A stretch of 64,000 nucleotides of DNA, taken from NCBI RefSeq assembly GCF_004010195.1, contig NC_057717.1:103811179-103875178 (forward strand). Direction: 5' to 3'. This document shows, in pieces, positions 37,589 to 49,375 of this stretch (position 1 is its first letter; every line of letters starts with the position of its first letter). The notes under the pieces were generated by a model, which was not told the origin of the DNA, made no database searches, and worked only from the letters and a program-made list of their open reading frames with translations. The translations under genes and the position numbers were made by a program. This DNA is from Chiloscyllium plagiosum (taxonomy: Eukaryota).

Positions 37589-40286
37589 ACATTGAGGGTT
37601 GGAATCAGAGTGAGAAAGGGCTGTAAACATTTACATAACAAGAAAAATTCACAAATGCCCTGAGTATCTTTGAGTCTGTCCCATAGGGAGGGGGTGCAGT
37701 GGCTGGAGGAGTGGACAGAGATAGGGAGGGGGTGCAGGGGCTGGAGGAGATTTCAGAGATAGGGAGGGGTGTAGGGGCTGGAGGAGATTACAGAGATAGA
37801 GATCAGGGTAGGGACTAGGAGGGTATAGCGAGTGATGGAAGGCAGCTATTTCCATTCTGGGACATGGGCTATTGTCATGTAACTGTCCTTAAGGCACACT
37901 GTCTGATTGCTCCTGAATCTCCTGGAATGGCCAAGGTCAGTGAAGATGTCACAGAGAAGCATGGCGAACAGTGCCTGTGTTTCACTCCTCACCCCCACCC
38001 TGCGGACTGCAGGCAGCCTGTGGTAGGGATACACTCGCGATATGTGGTCAGTGCTTCCTGTTTACACTCTCCTGCTGGTCTAGGTCAGTGGAAGACAGCC
38101 AAAGTGGTTTCTCAATGATTACAGAGCGTCAACAACCTGCATTTCCATAGCACCTCTGATGCAACACGATGTCCTGACTCACTTCCTTCCAATAAAATTT
38201 GGAGGTAAGACTACAATTTGGGCGGGTGACCAAATTCTTGGTCGGCGAGGTGGGTTCTTGAAGCATCTCAGATGGGGAGAGTGAGGATTCAGGAGGGAGT
38301 CACGTCAGGGCTGCTGGGGAAGGCCAGGATGAGGGGAACGGTGTGAGCTCAGAGGGACTGGGAGACCTCCAGAGAGAAGGAGGGATAAGGACATGGTGGG
38401 ACCTGAAACAGAGGTGATCATCTGAAAAATCCAGAACTGTTTGACCAACATTAAAGTATTGGACAGTGAGCAGAGGGGAGATAGAGGGACCAGAGAGTGC
38501 CCAAGTCTGGGCACAGGCAGTGGGATACTGAACAAGAAATGGGTTTGGAGAGAGTGGGAGTTGGAAAATGGAGTGTCATAGAGCAGCCAGGGCTAATGGT
38601 AACAAAGATACAGCTGATGGGGTCAGCAGGAGATGAGCTGACTCAGGGGGCAGAACACCGGCTTTGCTTTCAAAATTAATATTGACATTTTAACAGGACT
38701 TTTAGATAAGTGCATGAATATGCAAGGAATGGAAGGGGTACATACCAAGGGCAGACAGAAGGGGTTAGTTTAATTTGGCATCACATTGGGCACAGCACTG
38801 TGGGCTGAATGACCCGTTCCTGTGTTGTACAGTTCTATGTTCTCCCAACATTCCCATTCCTCCAAACTGCAGCCTGCGCACAGGACCAATAGAGGTTTCT
38901 GATCTCATGGATGGGTTAACATGCTGCCTTCTGGGAGATGGGTTAATGGGTATCTAACGTATAGATCCTGCACGGTCCTCAAAATCGATAGCAAGGTGGA
39001 GGGTGAGTGCACCCGGAAATTCCCCAGCTCTCGATCCATCCCCCATACCTCTCTGCCCCACTCCCAACTCCCCTTTCGGCTGAAGCCACGAGCGGGTTAC
39101 GGAATGGGAACAGAATATACGGGAACATTTCCAGGATGGGATTGGTTCAGCCCCTCCCTGTGGGGAGGTAGCCAGTGCTCAGAAAGTCAGGCGGGTCACA
39201 TCAATGGCCAATTGAGCTGAGGCTTTATTATCACATGAATACAATGTAAAGTTCACACATCACTACTTAAGGCGCCATCTTAGGTACAAGGTACCTAGGT
39301 ACAGATCCTTCAGGGCGAGTTCTTCAGAAAGATAAAATAGAAGAGTAAAGAAATAAAAAGTCCAGCCCCATGGGAATAAATTAGAGAATAGAGAAATCTA
39401 AAATTCAGAAAGACAGTCCTTCCAACACAGTCCACAAAAGCAATCAGTCCCACTTTTCAACCAAGTGGTGATTGGCCAGACAGGATTTTCACCAGTGAGC
39501 AGCAAGAGGCTTATCTGCATGAATGTCTCATTATCCGGTCTCACTGAGACAGCAGTTACCCATCCTCCCATTGTGCCTGTTCCATCTCTTTGACAGAGCA
39601 AGCTAACACGCCCCCACAAATGACCCCTTTTCGATCTACGCTTTTAAAAATCACTCACAGACCTCATTCCAAGCATACTGCAATATATAGGAGCAGAATT
39701 GGGCCATTCAACCCATCAGGTCTGTTCCGTCATTCAGAGAGTCATAGAGTCATACAGCACGGAAACAGACTCTTCGGTCCATCTCACCCATGCTGACCAA
39801 GTTTCCCAAACTAAACTCGTGCCATTTGCCTGTGTTTTGCCCATACCCTTGTTAACCCTTCCTATTCATGTCCCTATCCAAATGTCTTTCAAACGTTATA
39901 ACTGTATCTGCATCTACCACTTCCTCTGGCAGCTCATTCCACACACAAACCACCCTCTGGGTGAAAAAGCTGCCCCTTAGGTCCCTTTTAAATCTTGCCC
40001 CTCTCACCTTAAACCTATGCCCTCTTCCCCCACCCTAGAGAAAAGACCTTTGCTAGTCATTTTATCCATGCCCCTCATGGTTTTCTAAACCTCTATAACA
40101 TCACTCTTCAACCTCCTGCACTCCAGTGAAAAAAACTCCCAGCCTCTCCTGATAACTCAAACCCTCCATTCCAGACAACATCCTGGTAAAACGTTTCTTA
40201 ACCCTCTCCAATTTAATAATACCCTTCGCAAAGCAGGGTGTACAGAGTATCTGGCCTCAGCAACGTTCAATTCTGGCTGACATGTT

Positions 40287-40378
40287 TCCTGAAGAAGGGC
40301 TTATGCCCGAAACGTCGATTCTCCTGTTCCCTGGATGCTGCCTGACCTGCTGCGCTTTTCCAGCCACACATTTTCAGC
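40287..40378 (+). ncRNA. Short Penelope-derived repeat with a hammerhead-like core (same core at 61587-61620; variants at ~4787-4820(-), 10791-10828, 46383-46418, 50629-50660)
   Basis: CTGAAGA-A-GGGC(TTAT)GCCC-GAAA-CGTC at 40289-40316. Confidence 0.55.
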
Positions 40379-42949
40379 GCTGACATGTTTCTCAACCCCA
40401 TTCTCCTGCCTTCTCACAGTAATCCTTGATCCCCTTATTAATCAGGAACCTATCTGTCTCTGTCTTATACACACTCAATGACTTGGCCTCCACAGCTCTC
40501 TGTGGCAATGAGTTCCCGAGATTCCCCACCCTCTGGCTGAGGAAATTCCCCCTCCTCTCAGTTCTAAAGGGTCATCCCTTCACCCTGAGGCTGTGCCCCC
40601 GGCTCCTGGTCTCTGCTACTGGTGGAAGCATCTTTTCCACTATCCTCTCAGTATTGTGTAAGTTACAATCAGATTCCTGCCCACCCTTCTAAAATCCATC
40701 AAGTACAGATCCAGAGTCCTCAACTGCTCCCCATACGACAAGCCCTTCATCCCGGGGATCACTCTTGTAAACCTCCTCTGGACCCCCCCTCCAAGGCCAG
40801 CACACCCTTCCTTCGATATAGAGGTTTCCCAAAAACAGCAAAGCAGTCCCAAGTTGATGGATCATTGGTTGGTTCAGAGGCAGAGAGAAGACATTTAATA
40901 AGCTCTCACTACAATGCATGACCTGATTATTATCAAGCTGGGGATGTTGTGTTTCACCAGGATGAGATGAAGTTGAGTGGGTGAAGGTTTACGAGGAGCA
41001 CCAACATTGAATTAGATGAGCTGAACGGCCTGTTTCCGAGCTGTAGACTCAGTATGATTCTGGGTGGTGGGGTTGGTAATCTGAGTTGTGCCCACTGTGA
41101 GGAGCCCGGGCACTCTATCCCATTCCAAAACCAGGTGACAGCAGAGTAGTCCATCAGAAAAAAAAACACATCAGTGTTTTTTAGCAGATGCTGCTGCAAA
41201 TGAATTTCGCTGAGGTGAAGCAAATTATGTCTTGTAGATACAATCTCAAAGAGGTTACCACGTGTCCTGATAGATACTGTGGGGAGGAAATGGTGAGTGA
41301 TTAAATCAACTGACTGAGCTTCCAGTTAATCTCAAAATGCAGGGAAACACCAGCCTCAGTAACAATCAAGCATTCAGCATTTGCAAGCCCTTGCACCATT
41401 CATATTGCCTCAAATGATTGGTTAGACAACCTTCAGCTCATTAGAGACCAGAACGCCATACGATATAGGAGCAGATTTAGGTCATTCACCATGTTGAGTC
41501 TGCCTGCTATTTGATCATGGCCGAAATACTTTTCAATCCCGTTCTCCTGCCATCTCCCCATAACCCTTGATCCCCTTACTGATCAAGAACCTGTCTGTCC
41601 CTGTCTTAAACACACTCAGTGACTTGGCCTCCACAGCTCTCTGGGGCAATGAGTTCCCAAGATTCCCCCCACTCTAGCTGAAGAAATTCCTCCTCATCTC
41701 AGTTCACCCTGAGGCTGTGCCCCCGGGTCCTGGTCTCTCCCACTGGTGGGAATATCTTCTCCATGTCCTCTCTATCCAGGCCTCTCAGTATTCTATAAGT
41801 ATCAATCAGATCTCCCTCATCCTTCTAAACAGACCCAGAGTCCTGAACCTCTCCTTATATTGCAAGCCCTTCATACCCAGAATAATTCTTGCAAACTTCC
41901 TCTGGACTCTCCCCAATGCCAGCTCATCCTTTCTTAGATACAGGGTACAAAACTGTTCACAATATTCCAAATGCGGTCTGACCAGAGCCTTATACAGCCT
42001 CAGCAGTACATCCCTGTTCTTGTATTCTAACTCTCTTGAAATGATTGCTAACAATGCATTGGCATTGGCCTTCTTAAAAGTCCACTGAACCTACATGTCC
42101 ACCTTAAGAAAATCCTAAACTATAACTCCTCAGTCCGTGTGTGCTTCAGATTTCTGAAGCCTTTCCCCATTTAGAAAATAGTCTACGCCTCTATTCTTCT
42201 TACCACACTGTACTCCATCTGCCACTTCTTTGCCCACTCTCCCAGCTTGTCCAAGTCCATCTGCAGCCTCCCCCATTTCCTCAACGCTATCTGTCCCTCC
42301 ATATATCTTGTGTCATCTGCAAACTCAGTAACAATGCCCTCAGTTCCTTTGTCCAGATCGTTTAGTGTGGGAACATGAATAGTTGTGGTCCCACACAGAC
42401 CCCACTGGGTGTCCATCAGTCACCAGCTGCCAACCTGAAAAAGATTCCCTTATCCCCACTCTATGCCTTCTGCCAGTCAGCCAATCCTCTATCCACATCA
42501 GTGATGCCTCCAGTCGGGATCTTCATCCCTCAGAAGGGCACAGGTCCCACATGAAGCTCATATTCCAGGCTGGCATTCTCGGTGCAGTACCGAGGGACTG
42601 CTGCACTGCCGTGGGTGCTGTCCTCCTAATGAGATGCTAAAGCACAGCTCTGTCTGTTCTCAGGTGGGTGTGAAGCAGACTTCGCAAAACGTTGTCCCAC
42701 AGTGACACAATGGTGAGAATTGAAGTGTGTGACTTACTGTAAGTGAGGTAGAGGTCAGAGGGGGATGTTAAAGAAAATTGGGAGAGTGGTGGGGAAGAAG
42801 TCAGGATGGACTCTGTGGAAGTACGGGGCTTGTCTTTTGGAGCAGGTGCCCCGTTGTTCTAACTCCACCTGGGGGCACGACCCCCATTTTGGGACTCCCC
42901 GGATGTACAAGATTGAATGTCACTATTTGCTGTTAAATTCTTCCAACGT

Positions 42950-44450
42950 AGTGGGTTTTGAGAAGATTTGTAGCTCACGTTGAGGTTCTGGATGTAGGTT
43001 TGCTCACTGAGCTGGAAGGTTCATTTCCAGACATTTCATCACCATACTAGGTAACATCTTCAGTGGGCCTCAGGCGAAGTAATGCTGATGGTTCCTGCCC
43101 TCTATTTACATGTTTGGGTTTCTTTGGGTTGATGATGTCATTTCCTGTGATGATGCCATTTCCTGTTCTTTTCCTCAGGGGGTGGTAGATGGGGTCCAAG
43201 TCAATATGTTTGTTGGTAGAGGTCCAGTTGGAATGCCATGCTTCTAGGAATTCTCGTGCGTGTCTCTGTTTGGCTTGTCCTAGGATGGATGTGTTGTCCC
43301 AGTCGAAGTGGTGTCCTTCCTCATCCGTATGTAAGGATACTAGCAAGAGAGGGTCATGTCGTTTTGTGGCTAGTTGGTGTCCATGTATCCTGGTGGCCAG
43401 TTTTCTGCCTGTTTTTCCGATGTAATGTTTGTTACAGTTCTTGCACAGTATTTTGTAAGTGACATTCGTTTTGCTTTTGTCTGTGTAGGGTCTTCCAAGT
43501 TCATTAGCTGTTGTTGGTGGGTTTGAGTAGTCTGGCAGTCATTTCTGAGTTGTCTTTGATGTATGGGAGAGTAGTTAGGGTTTCTGGATGTGTTTTGTCT
43601 GCTCGTTTGGGTTTGTTGCTGAGAAATCGGTGGACTGTGTTCACTGGGTACCCATTCTTTTTGAATACACTGTATAGGTGATTTTTCTCTGCTCTGCGTA
43701 GTTCCTCTGTGCTGCAGTGTGTGTTGACTCGTTGAAATAATGTTCTGATGCAGCTCCGTTTGTGGATGTTGGGATGATGGCTTCTTAGTTCAGGATTTGG
43801 TCCGTATATATGGTTTTCCTGTAGACACTGGTTTGAAGTTCCCCATTGGCTGTCCGCTCGACTGTGACATCTAGGAATGGTAGTTTGTTGTTGTTTTCCT
43901 CCTCTTTAGTGAATTTTATGCCAGTAAGGATATTATTGATGGTCTTGAAGGTTTCCTCTAATTTGTTTTGTTTAGTGATGACAACGGTGTCATCCACATA
44001 GTGAACCCAGAGTTTGGGTTGGATGGTTGCCAGAGCTATTTGTTTGAGTCTCTGCATTACTGCCTCTGCTAAGAACCCTGATATCGGAGATCCCATGGAT
44101 GATCCGTTGGTTTGTCTGTAGGTCTTGTTATTGAAGGTGAAGTGGGTGATAAGGCATAGGTCCACTAGCTTGATGATATTGTCCTTGCTGATGAGGTTGG
44201 TGGTGTTTGGTATATGTGTCTTTGGTTCTTCTAATAGTGTAGTCAGTGTTTCCTTGGCTAGGTTGATGTTGATGGATATGAACAGGGCTGTTACATCAAA
44301 GGAGACCATTATTTCATCCTCTTCTATCTTGGTGTCTTTGATTGTCTTCAGGAATTCTTGGGTGGAGTGGATGGAGTGGCGTGAGCCTTCTACTAAGTGT
44401 TTCAGTCTTTGGTGTAGCTCCTTGGCCAGTCTGTAAGTTGGTGTTCCAGT
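42950..44450 (-). mobile_element. Penelope-like element (RT + GIY-YIG remnant, 5' truncated) with terminal repeat
   Basis: MVSFDVTALF...YRQTNGSSMGSPISGFLAE...YVDDT...LPFLDV...VYRK, plus C-terminal HHFDWDNTSIL...REFLEAWHS. Confidence 0.92.
43027..43066 (-). ncRNA. Putative minimal type-I hammerhead ribozyme in the Penelope terminal repeat
   Basis: Minus strand reads CCA-CUGAAGA-U-GUUACC(UAGUAU)GGUGAU-GAAA-UGUC-UGG: both catalytic boxes, stem II, a 3-bp stem I (CCA/UGG) and a GUC triplet. Confidence 0.6.
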
Positions 44451-47400
44451 ACCATGATGAAATGTCAGTTTAGTTAGCTGTGCTCAATCCGACAGACCGA
44501 TTTGAAACCACACCTTCAAAGATAACAGAGTTCTCAGTTGTGCTGTCAAAGGGTGGTGGGTATCAACTAAAGTTTTGATTGTGCCCCTAAAATAGACACG
44601 GGCTGAAACTGTGGTCAGTGGGTGAGGAGGCATATGCGTGTCATGTGTGATTCTGTAAATAAATATTTATAAAGGTGCGTAAAAATTATACCTAGCTCAC
44701 CAACTGGCTCTTGGGAGTTTACAAAGTGCTACACCTTGAGAGCAGACCAGACAATTCTCCTCTCAGTCATTAATAGAGTCTGCACTGCTATTTGGGCCTG
44801 AGATTGTGTAAGGTAGCTATCCTCCATTTAGGGCATTTTACTGGAGAAATAAAGTCATAGAGTCATGGAAACGTACCCATCGGTCCAACCAGTCCGTGCC
44901 GATCATAATCCCAAAGTAAACTAGTTCCCACCTGCCTGCTCCTGGCTCATATCCCTCCAAACCTTTCCTGTTCATGGACTTATCCAAATGGCTTTTAAAC
45001 GTTGTAACTGTCCCCATATCCACCACTTCCTCAGGAAGGTCATTCCACACACAAACTGCTCTCTGTGTAAAATAAATTGCCCCTCACGCCATACGGCACT
45101 GAAGAGACCCATTAAGTCAGCACCAACCTATCTCCACTCATCCCACTTCCCAGTACTTGGCTTTAATTTGCAAACCTTACCACAGTTTATACAGAATCCA
45201 GTTAGAGTTATAAGTTATAATTACGGCACAGAAGGAGGCCATGCAGCCCTTCAAGTCGATGAAAGCCCTTTGTTGAGCAATCCAGCTTAGTCTAGTCCCA
45301 TGCTCTACCCCTGCACGTCTATTTCCTTTTAGAAAGATTGATCGCCTCTGATCCCACCATCCTTGTAGACATGGTCATTGTTACTCATGATATTAACAAG
45401 ATGTCTTCATATCACACACACCCACCCCATATTACTCACCATGAAATCCGGGTTTCCTGGTCAGCACATGGGGACACCTTTCCTTTGTCTACCTCACGTA
45501 AGCCTGGCACACTCTTATGCACAGATCAACTAGGCAGAAGGGAGGACTGCAGATGCTGGAGATTAGACTCAAGATTAGAGTGTTGCTGGAAAAGCACAGC
45601 AGGTCAGGCAGCATCCGAGGAGCAGGGAATTCAACGTTTCAAGCAAGCCTGAAACATCAATTTTCCTGCTCCTCGGATGCTGCCTGACCTGCTGTGCTTT
45701 TCCAGCACCACTCTAATCTACACTCTAGTGCACCTCAGTGTAACAGAGTCACAGAGCTGTACAGCATGGAAACAGAGCCTTCAGTGCCAACCAAATATCT
45801 GAAATTAATCTTGTCCCACTTGTCAGCAGCTGGCTCATATCCCTCTAAACCCTTCCTGTACCCATCCAATTTTATGTCAAACTCCTTTGCTCTGAGCAGG
45901 ACAACTGCAGCTTCTCCAGCCAGACCATGTGGACCTCCCATCCCTGAAGACATTCGGGGAAAAGACGCCTGCTTCCTGTTTGCAGTGAAATGGTCTTGGT
46001 TTGCTAGGAGGCCCTTTATAATTAAGGGCAGCGCGGTGCCTCAGTAGTTAGCCCTGTTGCCTCACAGCGCCAGGGACACGAGTTCGATTCCGGCCTCGGG
46101 CGACTGGCTGTGTGGAGTTTGCACATTCTCCCTGTGTCTGTGTGGATTTCCTCCGGGTGCTCCAGTTTCCTCCCACAATCCAAAGATGTGCAGGTCAGGT
46201 GAATTGGCCATGCTAAATTGCCCATAGTGTTAGGTGGATTAGTCAGAGGGAAATGGGTCTGGGTGGGTTACATATTGGAGGATCGGTGTGGACCTGTTGG
46301 GCCGAAGGGCCTGTTTCCACACTGTATGGAATCTAATCTAATAATGGAGGGGTCTCACCACCACCTCGGCTCATAGCCTCATTCCTGATGAAGGGCTTTT
46401 GCCCGAAATGTTGATTCTAAGATTTACATGGATATTGCCAGGGTTGGAGGATCTGAGCTACAGGGAGAGTCTGAACAGCTGGGGCTGTTTTCCCTGGAGC
46501 TTCGGAGGCTGAGGGGTGACCTTTTTTTTAGATTACATTACAGTGTGGAAACAGGCCCATTGGCCCAACAAGTCCACACCGACCCGCCGAAGCGCAACCC
46601 ACCCATACCCCTACATTTACCCCTTACCTAACACCGCGGGCAATTTAGCATGGCCAATTCACCTGACCTGCACATCTTTGGACTGTGGGAGGAAACCAGA
46701 GCACCCGGAGAAAACCCACGNNNNNNNNNNNNNNNNNNNNNNNNNNNNNNNNNNNNNNNNNNNNNNNNNNNNNNNNNNNNNNNNNNNNNGATGGGTATAT
46801 GAATAGGAAGGGTTTGGAGGGATATGGGCCGTGTGCTGGCAGGTGGCATTAGATTGGGTTGGGATATCTGGTCGGCATGGACGGGTTGGACCGAAGGGTC
46901 TGTTTCCGTGCTGTACATCTCTCTGACTCTCTGACTCTCTGACTCTATGCTGCCTGACCTGCTGTGCTTTTCCAGCACCACCCTCTCAACTCTGACCTGC
47001 TGTGCTTTTCCAGCACCACCCTCTCAACTCTGAACTCCAGCATCTGCAGCCCTCACGTTCCCCTCCGATGGAAACACTGCCACCAGTTTGCAGGCTGAAG
47101 CGGCACTTCCTCCAGGTACACGAGCAAGTGCAACAACCTTTTACCTCAGAAAGACGCCCTCCCCCTCAGTCTCACACGTTTCTTTCTCAGACGTTGCTGT
47201 GTGCACTAATAACACACAACATGCCTGCAGAGCCAATCTCACAGCAGACGAGACAAGCAACTTGAGTAACACATTACTCATGAGTGATGTTACAACAGCT
47301 TAGCTAATGCGAGAGAGGACAACCAGTCAGATCCCAAATTCCCGCAGCAAGAGGTTTTGGCAAAAAGATAAACAGGTGTTAAATTTATCACGCTCATCAG

Positions 47401-49074
47401 CCGAATCAAATTGGGTCTCAATCCAGGATGTCTCTGAGTGCTCACTGACTATTCAGTGGCTGGAGCCCACACGTCCTTATAGAGACTTCCCCCTGAAACT
47501 ACTCCAGGACTTACCAAGTTCAGGGAAATACAAAACTTATCAAAGGCAGAGCTGACAAAGCAAGATCACAAAGGAGGAACTGGTGACTTTCACAAGCTGA
47601 GGCTGACTGGAGTGACTTCCAGGAAATGATGTCGTTTCAAAGTGCTGCCACTGTTGTCGAGAAGTCTGATAGCCACAACAAGATCTCCACCCAAACAGCT
47701 GTGTGCTCATGCACCAGATCATCTTTACCCGTTCGGCTGCTCCTGGGATGATGGGGAGAACTCCTGTCACTTGGGAGAAATCATTGCCAAACAAGGTTGC
47801 GGGGGGTTGGGGTGGACTCATGGTGGGAGGAGAGAAACACAGTGGCAATTGTGGAGTTCACAACAAATATGGTGATGGGGAGGGGGTTGTGGAGTCTCAA
47901 GGCATTTTGGGAGTATGCAGAACAGCATGGGGGAGGGGGGGGTTATTGACCGCGACCCCACACACTGGTCTCCACCGCAGGAGCACGGAGGACCAGGGTG
48001 GGGGTTATTTAGGTGTAATGCTGGGGTTCAGGGGCAGGGAGGACAGCTATTGGTGTTGTTCGATGTGATGGGTCTCCACATCAGGGGTGGTGGGATGGGG
48101 ATGGATGGAAATGAGCTGCTGGGGTAGTACAAGGTAGAAGGGCTGAACAGTCACTGGACTCGAAAAGTTGTCTCGGTTTTCTCTCTCCACAGACAATACC
48201 AGACCCTCCAATAATTTCTGTTTTTGACTAAATTGGTTCCTGGCCTGTGTGTGATGTTCGTCTACTGGATTATGACAACCTGCTGGTCTCCAGTGGGCAT
48301 TGGATGAGGCGCAGGGTGTTGGTGATCTAGGGATGGCATGTAGACTGTATGCCCTGGTGATTAAACAGTGGGTGTATGAGACAGGGAGTGGGATGGGCGC
48401 TGTGGCTTTGTGGCTGCTATGTTCTACTGCGTTGCCAACGAGATGGGTCGCCAACACTTAGCTGGGTTCACAGTGGCCTTTTTAAAGAAGACGCAGAGTT
48501 TTAGCAGCAATGCGGTGAGTGCTGAGTTGTTTCAGCACTGACAAGTGGCAGAATGGGGCTGGGATCAGGACAGGGGGGGGTCACCATAAGTGGTCGGGTA
48601 GTTACTGAGGTACGTTCGTTAAGGCACGTCAAGAAAACACATGGGGCTCCACAGCAAGAACACCCCACCCCCCGGGAAAAAACATTGATGATACTGACAC
48701 TTAGCTAAAAATAAAACGTGAGATTCCTCCTCATACTTCTCAGTTTGTATCTCTGGTCCTGGTAAACAATGAATACAGGCGCCTCACAAACCCACTTCTT
48801 CTCACAGATTGTTTTGTTTCGTTAATAATATCACACTAGGGTACTTGTTCACCATGTTCTGATGCAACAGCACAAACATAAAAATTAGCAAAGCTCATGC
48901 TAAAAGACTTACCATCTCTCAATCAGGAATCAAACTGGCTTCCACAACCTCAGTTAGAAGTCAACTGCAGTAATTATTTCATGAAAAACTTCTGCCATAG
49001 GTCTGTTCCATTGCCCTCACTATCTCCATTTAGCTTAATAATTAGTTCTGTGGTAAATTAAGAAAGGTGATGGT

Positions 49075-49375
49075 TTGCACGCCTATAGTGCCTACACCTC
49101 ATCTTCTGCCTGGGCAGCCTACAACCTGGAGGACTCAACATTGAGTTCTTCAATTCCAAATAACCTCCCTCCTCATCCCCCGACTCCCTTCCCAGCCCCT
49201 CCCCCTCCCTTCCACTGCTCCCTGCCACCAACCGGATTCATTCCTCCCACTGCCAGTTCCGAAGAAGGGTTATACCCGAAATGTTGACCTCTCCACCTCC
49301 TGATGCTGCCTGGCTTGCTGTGTTCTTCCAGTCTCCTGCCTGGATATCTTTGGATTCCAGCATCTGCAGTTTTTT
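49075..49375 (+). mobile_element. 3' end of a Neptune-type Penelope-like element with a degenerate hammerhead core
   Basis: LGSLQPGGLNIEF (GIY-YIG C-terminal motif) then a stop, followed by GTT-CCGAAGA-A-GGGT(TAT)ACCC-GAAA-TGTT-GAC and the CAGCATCTGCAG tail. Confidence 0.7.

Noticed and set aside
48913..48964. Possible short minus-strand exon ending in ATG|GTAAGT
   Set aside because: Splice-like signals only; no homology or other support.
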